The notes under the pieces: model-generated
Database searches by the model: none
What the model was told of the DNA's origin: nothing
What the model saw: only the letters and a program-made list of their open reading frames with translations
NCBI GenBank assembly: GCA_046259355.1
Contig: JBJYWH010000366.1
Span: 1 to 35,547 of the forward strand
DNA from: Anaerolineales bacterium
Lineage (GTDB): Bacteria; Chloroflexota; Anaerolineae; Anaerolineales; E44-bin32
Reading direction: 5' to 3'
DNA: 35,547 bases
Shown: positions 1-8,892 of the stretch, in pieces
Layout of the letters: each line of letters begins with the position of its first letter
Numbering within the stretch: position 1 is the stretch's first letter
Translations under genes and position numbers: made by a program

Positions 1-88
1 GCCCCTGACGAAGGCACCTGAGTCACGAATGGATTGGGCGTCATGATCCGCCGGTCCTGTCGGGGGTGATCGGGTTTACTCGCCGAGC

Positions 89-673
89 ATGGAGTCTCCC
101 GGCTCTGTCGATAGCCGGGACCCGAGCTCCCGAACATCGAAAGCAAGGAGTTCTCTCGTGGAAACGAAGGCAGGAACGTTTCAAGATGATCTCGACCGCT
201 ATCTCTCCGGCCCGGTCCGGCTCAGCGAGCTCATTGCTTCGACCCCACCGGGTGCCATGGATTTTGAACTGCCCGATCGCTGGACGATCCGTCAGACCGT
301 CCACCATCTGGCTGACGGGGACTACCTCTGGAAGCTCTTCATCATGATGGCGCTTGGCGATAGCCCGATGCCGTTCGAGATTCCCTGGTACTGGATGGCA
401 GGGCAGACCACGATGGCCGCCCGCTGGAACTATCATGGCCGCGAGATCCAGGGATCGCTGGCCCTTTTGGATGCCAACCGGCAACACACGTACGTGCTCC
501 TGTCCTCCATCCCGAAAGCCGACGCGAAAATCCTTGCAATCCGTTGGCCCGATGGCGATGTACAGCGAGCTTCGCTGGCCGAGGTCATCGCCAGTCAGGC
601 CGACCATGTGGATGGGCACATGGAAGATATCTGCCATATCATCGATCAGTATAAAAAGTCGACCTCGTCCTGA
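89..673 (+). CDS. DinB/YfiT-like superfamily protein (putative metal-dependent thiol S-transferase/hydrolase)
   Basis: WTIRQTVHHLAD near the N-terminus and HVDGH near the C-terminus fit the DinB His triad pattern. Start codon uncertain. Confidence 0.75.
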   Translation: MESPGSVDSRDPSSRTSKARSSLVETKAGTFQDDLDRYLSGPVRLSELIASTPPGAMDFELPDRWTIRQTVHHLADGDYLWKLFIMMALGDSPMPFEIPWYWMAGQTTMAARWNYHGREIQGSLALLDANRQHTYVLLSSIPKADAKILAIRWPDGDVQRASLAEVIASQADHVDGHMEDICHIIDQYKKSTSS

Positions 674-954
674 TTCCGGGGCGAATATTCGGCAGTCAGA
701 GGTCAACCGGACGTCCGGAAACGGACTGAAGCTTCTCCTGATTCCCTAGAAAAGTGGTTCTTGTTGGTTTGATTCCAGCGACGCGCATCCTGGCGGCAAT
801 CCATGCAGCAACGCGAGTGTCCGACTTGCTCAACTCCCCGAGTTCCCCGATCATTACACCCATCGGTCACGCCGGAGCAAGATGCTGAAATGCACGCCCG
901 TATCGAGCGAGCCCAGCGCCCGGCCGCCAGATCATCTCAGGTACCGGAGGTGCC

Positions 955-1125
955 ATGAAACTCTCGCCGCCAAAACAGGCATCGTGGACGTTGGCCCTGC
1001 TCCTCGGCCTGCTGGGGATCGTTGCCCACCAGGTCAGCATTCCATTTGCCAGCCAGTTTGACTTCTGGCTGGTCGCTTTCGCGTTCCTGCTGCTGCTCTT
1101 TGCTACCCTGCTGAGAGGGCTCTGA
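955..1125 (+). CDS. Small 56-aa two-helix membrane protein (absent from the ORF track)
   Basis: GGAGG at 946-950, ATG at 955, TGA at 1123-1125. Translates to MKLSPPKQASWTLALLLGLLGIVAHQVSIPFASQFDFWLVAFAFLLLLFATLLRGL, with two hydrophobic segments. Confidence 0.8.
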   Translation: MKLSPPKQASWTLALLLGLLGIVAHQVSIPFASQFDFWLVAFAFLLLLFATLLRGL

Positions 1126-1208
1126 GACAAGCAGCGGAACCTTTGGGACCCGTTCGCCTGAGCCTGATCCATCGCGCACCTTTCAAGGATCTGCCGATGC
1201 CTGTGAGT

Positions 1209-1892
1209 ATGTATCTGCTCGCACTGCTCGTGGTCGCCATCTTCGCCGCGGTGCTGCTGTTCATGATCCGGTCGGATCGCCGGGGGCGTCAGCGAAAATT
1301 CGATCGTGCGCGCAGTCTTGGGTTCAGCCCTTTCGATGTCGATGATTCGGATCTGGCCGAGCAGATCGTCAGACTGCATACGGCGACCTCCAGCCAGCAG
1401 CTCGAGCTGCTCCACACGTTTCTCCGGACGGAAGGCGAGCTCCGTTTCCTGCTGTTCGACCTGGTCGATACCAGCGATGGAATCAGCGTGCTGCAGGAAC
1501 AGGCGATTGCCGCGACATCGAATCGTCTGAACCTGCCGCGCTTTTCGATCTTTCCAAAGGTCGTGGAGGGCGGGAAGCTATCGAAGTGGGGCAACCGATT
1601 CCTGGAGAAGCTGTTCGAACGCCGGGGCGGCCTGATCGAGATTCCGAACCATCCGCGCTTCAACGAACGGTACTTCCTGGTCGCAAGCAACCCCACCCCG
1701 GTCCTGGAGTTCTTGACGCCGTACCGGCTCAGCCTGTTGAGTGGAGAACCATACCAATCGATCGAAGCCGGAGGTAATATCCTTACCTACGCACAATTTT
1801 CCTTTCAGCGTGCGAGCCCGAGCAGGGCAGCGAATCTGGAAGCGAATCTGGCCCAGGCCAGGAACCTGTATCAGATCTTTCTGCCGGATTAA
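1209..1892 (+). CDS. Hypothetical N-terminally membrane-anchored protein
   Basis: Hydrophobic MYLLALLVVAIFAAVLLFMI followed by a basic patch and a soluble domain. ORF is open from 1143, so the start may be 1197 or 1209. Confidence 0.65.
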   Translation: MYLLALLVVAIFAAVLLFMIRSDRRGRQRKFDRARSLGFSPFDVDDSDLAEQIVRLHTATSSQQLELLHTFLRTEGELRFLLFDLVDTSDGISVLQEQAIAATSNRLNLPRFSIFPKVVEGGKLSKWGNRFLEKLFERRGGLIEIPNHPRFNERYFLVASNPTPVLEFLTPYRLSLLSGEPYQSIEAGGNILTYAQFSFQRASPSRAANLEANLAQARNLYQIFLPD

Positions 1893-1934
1893 TGCAGTAC
1901 ATTGGCACTGCCCTGCACGGTTTGAGGACAAATC

Positions 1935-2426
1935 ATGACACCACAAATCGAACTGATCCCAATGACCAGGGAACAATATTTGGACTATCTCGAAGCCGAT
2001 AGGCCTCGCTATGCTGCCGAAAATGTGCGGGCCGGGTTCTGGTCCGAGGCCGAAGCCTCCCACCGAGCCAAAGAAACGTATGACCGTTTCCTGCCAGAGG
2101 GTATCGAGACCCCCGGCCAGCACCTGTACACGATCCACAACCAGGACAACGAGGAAGTCGGTATGATCTGGCTTGGTGCGCAGCCTGGAGGCGTGGAAGC
2201 TTCGGGCTTTGTCTACAACCTGTACATCGAGGAAGGGTTCCGCCGCCAGGGTTATGGACGCGCGGCAATGATCGCGGCGGAAGAGCAGGCTCGCGGGCTG
2301 GGGTGGACTTCGCTGGCCCTGCACGTCTTCGGCCACAACCGGCCTGCGCGCGATCTGTATGAATCCCTGGGTTATGAAATCCGGAGCATGAACATGATCA
2401 AGCAGCTGATTCCGGATGTCCCCTGA
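1935..2426 (+). CDS. GNAT family N-acetyltransferase
   Basis: Acetyl-CoA motif FRRQGYG and NRPARDLYESLGY; GAGGA RBS upstream. Confidence 0.9.
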   Translation: MTPQIELIPMTREQYLDYLEADRPRYAAENVRAGFWSEAEASHRAKETYDRFLPEGIETPGQHLYTIHNQDNEEVGMIWLGAQPGGVEASGFVYNLYIEEGFRRQGYGRAAMIAAEEQARGLGWTSLALHVFGHNRPARDLYESLGYEIRSMNMIKQLIPDVP

Positions 2427-2493
2427 TCGTGCCGGAGTGAAATCCCTGATGGCAATCCATTGAATCTTCGAGCACCGGAAAGGCTACCAGCGC

Positions 2494-3324
2494 ATGCCCA
2501 ACATCGTCATTACGGGAAGCACACGCGGGATCGGCCTCGGCCTGGCACGCGGCTTTCTCGAACGCGGCGGCCGTGTCATGGTCAGCGGGCGGCACGAGGA
2601 GACCACCTCTGCAGCGCAGGATTCGCTCGCCCGTGAATTTGGAGCGGACCGGGTGTTTGGCTTCCCGTGCAACGTGCGAATCCCGCAAGAGGTCGATCGC
2701 CTCTGGTCGCGAGCGCAGGAGGCGCTTGGAGCGATCGACATCTGGATCAACAACGCTGGCTTTGCCAATGATCCCATGCCGATCTGGGATCTCGATCCTG
2801 CTCAAGCGCATGCCGCGATCGAGACCAACCTGATGGGCGCAGTGTACGGTTCGCAGACCGCCGCCCGCGGCATGCTCGCGCAGGGAAAGGGAGCAATTTA
2901 CAACATGGAGGGGATGGGGGGCGACGGCCGTATGCAGGCTGGGCTGGCGATCTACGGGACCAGCAAGTATGCCGTGCACTACTTCACGCTCGCACTGGCA
3001 AAGGAACTTAAAGGAACGGGGGTTATCGCGGCTTCGCTGCGACCAGGGATGGTCGCGACCGACATGATCATTGAACCCTATCGCGGCAAACCTGAGGAAT
3101 GGCAGCGCGTCAAGCCGATCTTCAACATCATTGCTGAACGGCTCGAAGTCGTTACGCCGTGGCTGGTCGATCAAATCCTCACCAACAACACTTCCGACAA
3201 GGTCATCTCCTTCAGTTCAAACTGGAAGCTCATGCTGCGGTTTCTGACGTCCCGCTTCCGAAAACGGGACCTCTTCGCCGACGTGGATATTTCAAAGCCA
3301 GGAGAAGGGGAAGCTGGCACGTGA
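2494..3324 (+). CDS. Short-chain dehydrogenase/reductase (resembles the NYC1/NOL-like subgroup)
   Basis: TGSTRGIG, NNAG, catalytic YGTSK and PGMVAT motifs. Confidence 0.9.
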   Translation: MPNIVITGSTRGIGLGLARGFLERGGRVMVSGRHEETTSAAQDSLAREFGADRVFGFPCNVRIPQEVDRLWSRAQEALGAIDIWINNAGFANDPMPIWDLDPAQAHAAIETNLMGAVYGSQTAARGMLAQGKGAIYNMEGMGGDGRMQAGLAIYGTSKYAVHYFTLALAKELKGTGVIAASLRPGMVATDMIIEPYRGKPEEWQRVKPIFNIIAERLEVVTPWLVDQILTNNTSDKVISFSSNWKLMLRFLTSRFRKRDLFADVDISKPGEGEAGT

Positions 3325-4454
3325 GCGAACTGCTCCCTTCCAGCGCGGATGTCATCATCATCGGGGCCGGCGTGATCGGCTGCAGTACAGCCTACCACCT
3401 CGCCCGGCTCGGAATCCACGATGTGCTCGTGCTCGAGCGCGAGGCGGTCGGCGCCGGTTCGTCGAGCAAATCGGCCTCGATGCTCAGCCTGCAGTTCGGG
3501 GAGGACGAACTGCTGGCCCGCATGGCGCTCTACGCGTACCAACGCTACATGCAGTTCGAGGCGGAACTGGGTTCACCCATCGACTTCAAACGCACGGGGT
3601 GGCTCACGGTGGCCGATGAAGCCAACGCGCCGACCTTGAGCGAACATGCCCTACGGCTGTCGGCGCTTGGGATCGAAACCTCTCTGCTTTCGCGTGAAGA
3701 TGTTCGGCGCTTGTATCCCGAGCTCGAATTCCCCGGCCTCGAGCTGGGAACGTTTGGCCCGCAGGACGGACCCTTCGACGCCCACATGATTCTGTGGGGA
3801 TTTCTTAAGGCCGCCCGCCGGCTTGGTGTGCGGCTGGAAGAAGGCCTTCCGGTCACCGGGATCCGACAACGAAATGGGCGCATCACGGGTGTTGAAACCC
3901 CGCACGGCATTGTTGAAACCGGCTGCGTGATCAATGCGGCTGGCCCGTGGGTGGGGGAAGTCGGCCGCCTGGCGGGTTGCGAGATACCGCTCGAGAACTC
4001 GAACCGGACGATCGTCGTGACCGAACCGCTGGAGGAGCTTGATCCGGAGCGGCCATTTCTTGATATCCTCCCGCTGGGATGGTATGCCCGTCCGGAACTG
4101 CAGGGCCTCCTGATGGGCAAAGGCACCACACCCACTGGCACGCTCAGCCCGGGCCTCGAACAGGAGATGGTCGAGCAGATTGTCGAGATTGGAATCGATC
4201 TCCTGCCCGTGCTGCGGAACGCACGGCTGCAGACAGCCTGGACCGGCGTCCGCCCGCTGACCGCGGATGGACGGCCAATCCTGGGCAGCGTCGAGGCGCT
4301 GGAAGGCTTTTATCTGAATGCCGGTTGGGGCGGGGTGGGATTCATTCAGGCGCCAACCGCCGGCCAGCTGCTGGCCGAGCTGATCGCATACGGCGAGGCT
4401 CGAACGTTCGAACTGGAGCCGTTTTCCCTCGATCGTTTCCGCCGGCCGTCATAA
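3321..4454 (+). CDS. FAD-dependent oxidoreductase, DAO/sarcosine oxidase beta-like family
   Basis: IIGAGVIG dinucleotide-binding motif, NAAGPW, WTGVRPLTADGRPILG. GTG start overlaps the SDR stop (GTGA). Confidence 0.88.
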   Translation: MSELLPSSADVIIIGAGVIGCSTAYHLARLGIHDVLVLEREAVGAGSSSKSASMLSLQFGEDELLARMALYAYQRYMQFEAELGSPIDFKRTGWLTVADEANAPTLSEHALRLSALGIETSLLSREDVRRLYPELEFPGLELGTFGPQDGPFDAHMILWGFLKAARRLGVRLEEGLPVTGIRQRNGRITGVETPHGIVETGCVINAAGPWVGEVGRLAGCEIPLENSNRTIVVTEPLEELDPERPFLDILPLGWYARPELQGLLMGKGTTPTGTLSPGLEQEMVEQIVEIGIDLLPVLRNARLQTAWTGVRPLTADGRPILGSVEALEGFYLNAGWGGVGFIQAPTAGQLLAELIAYGEARTFELEPFSLDRFRRPS

Positions 4455-4493
4455 CAGCAGATCCGTAACGTGCAGCCATCAGGGAGAGAAAGT

Positions 4494-4973
4494 ATGAACG
4501 AGTATGAAGAACGGGTCGCGCGTGAACAGGCATCCGCACTGCTGCGTGGGGGCAATGCCCATATGACCTTCGACCAGGCGGTAGCGGATTTCCCCCTCGA
4601 CCGCATCAACGAACATCCGCCCAACGTGGAATACACGATCTGGCACCTGGTCGAGCATCTGCGCATCACGCAGTGGGATATTCTCAACTTCGTGATCGAT
4701 CCAGATCACATCTCGCCCAAATGGCCAGAGGGCTACTGGCCCGCCCAGGACGCAATCGCCACCGAAGCCGACTGGAATGCGACCCTTCAGCGTTTTCGCG
4801 AGGACCTGGGATCGCTGCAGGATCTTGCCGCCGATTGTGGTCGAAGCCTGACCGATGACCTGCCGCACGCGCCCGGCTACACGCTGCTGCGCGAACTGCT
4901 CCTGGCCGCCGACCACAACGCCTACCATATCGGCGAGTTGGGCATCCTGCGGCAGGTCATGGGCACCTGGTAG
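4494..4973 (+). CDS. DinB family protein
   Basis: TIWHLVEHLRITQWDIL and DHNAYHIGE motifs; AGGGAG upstream of ATG 4494. Confidence 0.85.
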   Translation: MNEYEERVAREQASALLRGGNAHMTFDQAVADFPLDRINEHPPNVEYTIWHLVEHLRITQWDILNFVIDPDHISPKWPEGYWPAQDAIATEADWNATLQRFREDLGSLQDLAADCGRSLTDDLPHAPGYTLLRELLLAADHNAYHIGELGILRQVMGTW

Positions 4974-5145
4974 CCTGCGCACAACCTGCCTCCAGCCCGC
5001 ACGTTCCCCTCCCAATACACCTGACAGCGCTCGGTTCACGCGTCAGGAATCGGCCAGAATCTTCACAGACCCCCGTCAGGCAACGCATGGCCACACATGC
5101 TAGAAAGAAATCGCAGCTGTCGGCATCCGGCATGAACTCGGACAC

Positions 5146-5949
5146 GTGCCAGACGTAGAAGCGCAGGGAGCAGCCGTGCGTAAACCCGAGATCAGCGACT
5201 TCCAGGCCCAGATCGGGCTTACCCACCACCCCGGTGAAATGGCGGCGACCGTCAGGCTGATGGAATTGGCCGGCATCAAGTCCGGAGAACGCGTGCTGGA
5301 AGTTGGTTGTGGAGCAGGAATTACCGCGGTGATACTGGCATCCTTCGGGTGCCGGGTGTTTGCGCTGGATCGCTCCGAACGCATGGTCGCCCGCACCCGG
5401 CAGCGGCTGGCACGTACCGGTCTGGTCCATCGTGCCCATGTTCGCCGGGGTGAGGTTGAAGAGCTTCCGTACACTTCAGATGGCTTCGATATCGTCCTCG
5501 GTGAGGCGGTGCTGATACAGGTACAGGACCGGGCCAGGGCGCTGCGCGAGTGTCGGCGCGTGCTGCGCCCGGGAGGGGTGCTGGCACTGAACGAGCCCAC
5601 TTGGCTCCGCAGCGGTCCGCCGCTGGAAGTGATCTCCTGGGCACACAGCGCGCCGGATGCGAGTGGTGCGCTCGCAGCACCCGCCTGGGCTGCGCTCCTG
5701 GCAGATGCCGGTTTTGAATCGCAGCACGTTGAACTATGCCGGATAAACCCCCGCACGGAGCGCCTCGAATTATTCCGGCGCTATGGATTAAAAGGCATCC
5801 TGGCAGCCGGCATCCGTCAGCTCGAGCTGTGGATGCGCAGTCGCGATTACCGGAAATATGGAAAAGCCGCCCGGGTAAAGGGTCCGGCACCTTCCGCTGC
5901 CTGCGACTACCTCGGGTACGGTCTCTACATCTGCAGCAAGCCGGCGTAA
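5146..5949 (+). CDS. Class I SAM-dependent methyltransferase
   Basis: VLEVGCGAG motif I, FDIV motif and RVLRPGG motif. Start uncertain. Confidence 0.88.
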   Translation: MPDVEAQGAAVRKPEISDFQAQIGLTHHPGEMAATVRLMELAGIKSGERVLEVGCGAGITAVILASFGCRVFALDRSERMVARTRQRLARTGLVHRAHVRRGEVEELPYTSDGFDIVLGEAVLIQVQDRARALRECRRVLRPGGVLALNEPTWLRSGPPLEVISWAHSAPDASGALAAPAWAALLADAGFESQHVELCRINPRTERLELFRRYGLKGILAAGIRQLELWMRSRDYRKYGKAARVKGPAPSAACDYLGYGLYICSKPA

Positions 5950-5969
5950 TAGCATTGGAGGGGGAGAAA

Positions 5970-7262
5970 CTAGCGCGCGGCCTCCAGCATGGTCGCGACC
6001 GCCTGGCGGGCGATCTGCACGGCGAAATTTGTGCCGCGATCCCAGGGATAAACCTGGCTCATGCTCGCGAACCACAGTCCGGGCACCGGAGTTTGCAGAT
6101 CGGGGATGGCTCGCGAGTGATCCACCGGCGGCACGGGCTGCGCGTAGGCGGTGCGGAACAGCCAGGATGCGCGCACCCAACCCGGATCGAACTCGGGATT
6201 AATGCGCTTCAGCGAGGGCAGGAATCGTTCAAGAAGTTCTTCTTTCGAGAGCGAAAAATATTCGTGGTCGGGATCGAGGTAGTCCCCCATGTATACGATG
6301 TGATCGCCGCCGAAGTGCTCCGGGGGGAGGAAGTTGGTGTGCTCGACCAGCGAGAGAAACGGAAAGCCGGCCGACTTGGGCAGGTTGTGCCAGTAGTACC
6401 CCTGTTTCGAGAGCTGCTCGCGAAGAGTGACGATCAGTACAACCGCGCCCATCGATTTCAAGGCCAGCAGCTGGGAGAGATACGATTCGGGCAGCGCCGG
6501 CGCCAGGCGGGCAAGCAGCCCCGGCGAGGTCGTCACCAGACAGGTGTCGAAGGCATGCTGCTCGCCCCCAACCGTGACCATCAGGCCACCTTCCGGACGC
6601 GGTGCGATCGCCTCAACCGCCGTATTCAATTTCAATTCAACCCCCAGCGTCTGAATGTGGGCAGCAAAATCATCCATGAAAGCCTGAAAACCTCCCACGA
6701 AGGTGCCCAGGCGCGGGGTGCGGGCTTTGAAGCGCGCCCAGAACCACGCCATGTTCACGTCCCTATAGTGTGGGCCGAATTTACCCACCAGCAGAGGCTC
6801 CCACAGGATTTCGTACGCACGATCGCCCACCCAGCGCCGCATCCACGCGTCAGCGGTAACATGCTCGAGCGGTTGCCAGCGGGCAATGTACTTCAAATAA
6901 GCGACGACCATTCCCAGCCGGATCCGATCGAGGAAGGGCAGGGCGGGAAAACGAAGTACAGCGAAAGCCGAATCGAGCGGGTAGAACTTCCCGGCGTGGA
7001 ATACGGCTGTCACCGGCCGGGGAAAGAGCACGTGGTCACGCCAACCCAGTTCGTCAATCAAGCCCAGTATGGCGTGATCCGACGCGAACCAATGGTGGTA
7101 GTACCGTTCCACGGACCAGTCCCAGCGCGAATCACGGAACCCGGCCGCAAGCCCGCCAACGTGATCGGAAGCTTCGAAGACGGTGACCTGGACCCCGGCC
7201 CGGATCAGGTCATACGCTGCGGCAAGCCCCCCGGCGCCGGCCCCGACGATAGCGGCTCTCAT
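5970..7262 (-). CDS. NAD(P)/FAD-dependent oxidoreductase (amine oxidase/protoporphyrinogen oxidase-like family)
   Basis: IVGAGAGG, EASDHVGG, ERYYHH and YPWDRGTN motifs. Start overlaps the upstream gene stop (ATGA). Confidence 0.85.
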   Translation of the reverse strand: MRAAIVGAGAGGLAAAYDLIRAGVQVTVFEASDHVGGLAAGFRDSRWDWSVERYYHHWFASDHAILGLIDELGWRDHVLFPRPVTAVFHAGKFYPLDSAFAVLRFPALPFLDRIRLGMVVAYLKYIARWQPLEHVTADAWMRRWVGDRAYEILWEPLLVGKFGPHYRDVNMAWFWARFKARTPRLGTFVGGFQAFMDDFAAHIQTLGVELKLNTAVEAIAPRPEGGLMVTVGGEQHAFDTCLVTTSPGLLARLAPALPESYLSQLLALKSMGAVVLIVTLREQLSKQGYYWHNLPKSAGFPFLSLVEHTNFLPPEHFGGDHIVYMGDYLDPDHEYFSLSKEELLERFLPSLKRINPEFDPGWVRASWLFRTAYAQPVPPVDHSRAIPDLQTPVPGLWFASMSQVYPWDRGTNFAVQIARQAVATMLEAAR

Positions 7263-8284
7263 GTCCCCTCCTCCTCTTCATGCGATCCCAGCTCCGCCTG
7301 CACAGCGTCCCAGCTCAAGCTCTCGCGTGCCATGTAATACATGCCCAGCAGGGTTATCGGCACCAGCAGGGCGGCATGCAGCACGAGCGTATAGCCCGCC
7401 GCGAGGGCGCTTGGAACGTGGTAGGCCTCCAACACAGCGATACCCGGTGCGTCGAAGGTTCCGATGTAACCCGGTGCCGAGGGGATCGTCGTCGCCAGGT
7501 TTACGATTCCATTCATCAACATCAACGCGAAGAAGCTGACCTCGAAATCGAACGCGTGCATCACGAACCAGTACTTGCCCGTTTCCAGCAGCCAGATCAC
7601 GACCGAGGTCACAAACACCATGCCGACATCGATCGGCGAGCGCAGGGATGCCAACCCATCCAGGAAACGATCGCTGAAACCGAGCAGCGCCGGTCGGAAT
7701 CGCCCCGGGATCAAGCGGTTGATGAGGATGTGCAGCAGGTTCTGCGCCTGGCGGGTGAAGATCGCCATCAACAGGAAAACCAGCACTGCACCCAGGAAGA
7801 TGCCGGCACCGATGAGAGAAAGTGCTCGAATGCTCCCGACGAATCCCGAGCCGGAGGTAAGGGAGGTCAGCTCGGGCAGGTTGAGAAAAACAAATCCGAG
7901 CATCACCACGCCATCGAAGACTCGTTCGACGATGATGGTTGCCAGCGAGGCGGAAATGGGGACCGCCTCTTTGCGGCGCAGGACATACGCCCGTAATAAT
8001 TCGCCTGCCCGCGCCGGGTAGATATTGTTGCCCATATAGCCAATGGTCACGATCGGGAACATGGTGCGGGTGGGAATCTTCTTCAGCGGTCGGAGCAGGT
8101 AATGCCAACGCCAGGCCCGTGCCCAGACCGCGACGAAGTAGACCATCACCCCCGGGATCAGCCAGCCGTAGCGGGCTCCCTGCAGGGCATCCCATACTTC
8201 CTCCAGCTGCAGGCCGCGCAGCGCCACCCACAGGAAGACTGCACTGATGATCAAGCCGAGCCAGAATTGCCAGCGTCGCAGCAT
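7259..8284 (-). CDS. Lysylphosphatidylglycerol synthase TM-region (UPF0104) flippase-like membrane protein
   Basis: RAWRW, NNIYPARAGE, ERVFD and PSAPGYIGTF motifs with multiple TM helices. Likely start MLRRWQ at 8284. Confidence 0.85.
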   Translation of the reverse strand: MLRRWQFWLGLIISAVFLWVALRGLQLEEVWDALQGARYGWLIPGVMVYFVAVWARAWRWHYLLRPLKKIPTRTMFPIVTIGYMGNNIYPARAGELLRAYVLRRKEAVPISASLATIIVERVFDGVVMLGFVFLNLPELTSLTSGSGFVGSIRALSLIGAGIFLGAVLVFLLMAIFTRQAQNLLHILINRLIPGRFRPALLGFSDRFLDGLASLRSPIDVGMVFVTSVVIWLLETGKYWFVMHAFDFEVSFFALMLMNGIVNLATTIPSAPGYIGTFDAPGIAVLEAYHVPSALAAGYTLVLHAALLVPITLLGMYYMARESLSWDAVQAELGSHEEEEGT

Positions 8285-8446
8285 ATCGTATCCTGCACCA
8301 TTCAGGGGGAATGCCGCCCTCGTGGGGCTTCGTGCGATTTCAAGCGAACAGTATTCGGTTGGACGCCATTCTACCATGCTCACTTTAAAGCAACCCGGGC
8401 GCAGATCTGCGATCTGCGCCCGGACGATCATCGTGCGAATGTCCAC

Positions 8447-8692
8447 CTAAATCGGCCGGACAGCCTCCGGGAGCATGCCATCCAGAATGCGTTCGAGCGC
8501 CATGGTGTGACTACAGACGTTGCGCGTCAGGAAGAAATCGCAGTCACAGCGCCAGGTGCCATCAATATATTCAACCGTGTGGGGATTGTTTTCGCCATCG
8601 AAGGTCGCGCGGAATTGCTCGAAAACGATGCGCTCGCGCTCCTCCGCATAGCGCTTGGCTTTTTCGATCTTGCCGATCATTCCATAATCCAT
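8447..8692 (-). CDS. Small SWIM-type zinc finger protein
   Basis: CDCDFFLTRNVCSH matches CxC-xn-CxH; strong RBS TAAGGAGG. Confidence 0.85.
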   Translation of the reverse strand: MDYGMIGKIEKAKRYAEERERIVFEQFRATFDGENNPHTVEYIDGTWRCDCDFFLTRNVCSHTMALERILDGMLPEAVRPI

Positions 8693-8715
8693 TGCGCCTC
8701 CTTATGTGTATGGTG

Positions 8716-8755
8716 AAACAAAAAGGCACGTGGGTTCACGCGCGCCCAAGTGCCT
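8716..8755 (-). terminator. Intrinsic terminator-like hairpin within the 5' leader of the SWIM gene
   Basis: Minus strand reads AGGCAC-T-TGGG...CCCA-C-GTGCCT followed by TTTTTGTTT. Confidence 0.75.
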
Positions 8756-8795
8756 GATCCGAGTCAATACCTCGATGTGATGAAAATCCGCTCAT
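8736..8795 (-). CDS. Candidate 19-aa leader peptide (uORF) MSGFSSHRGIDSDQALGRA
   Basis: ATG at 8795 preceded by GGGAGA; TGA at 8738-8736 lies in the terminator hairpin loop. Translation not proven. Confidence 0.35.
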   Translation of the reverse strand: MSGFSSHRGIDSDQALGRA

Positions 8796-8826
8796 AGCGG
8801 TTTTCTCCCGGGAATATGGTGAGCTA

Positions 8827-8855
8827 AGTATAGAACCTGGCCCGACGCGAGTCAA
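8827..8855 (-). promoter_or_regulatory. Sigma70-type promoter for the SWIM gene leader
   Basis: TTGACT (8855-8850), 17 bp spacer, TATACT (8832-8827). Confidence 0.75.
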
Positions 8856-8892
8856 TGCACGCTTGTACTACTATCGCCATACGGCAGCCCGT

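Noticed and set aside
5736-7337. 533-aa + strand ORF
   Set aside because: Antisense shadow of the FAD oxidoreductase gene, with no recognisable motifs; expected in high-GC coding DNA.
8285-8446. Long N-terminal extensions given by the ORF track (here and at 3159, 15380, 26163, 26492)
   Set aside because: They overlap neighbouring genes or promoters; downstream starts match family N-termini and RBS or overlap patterns better.
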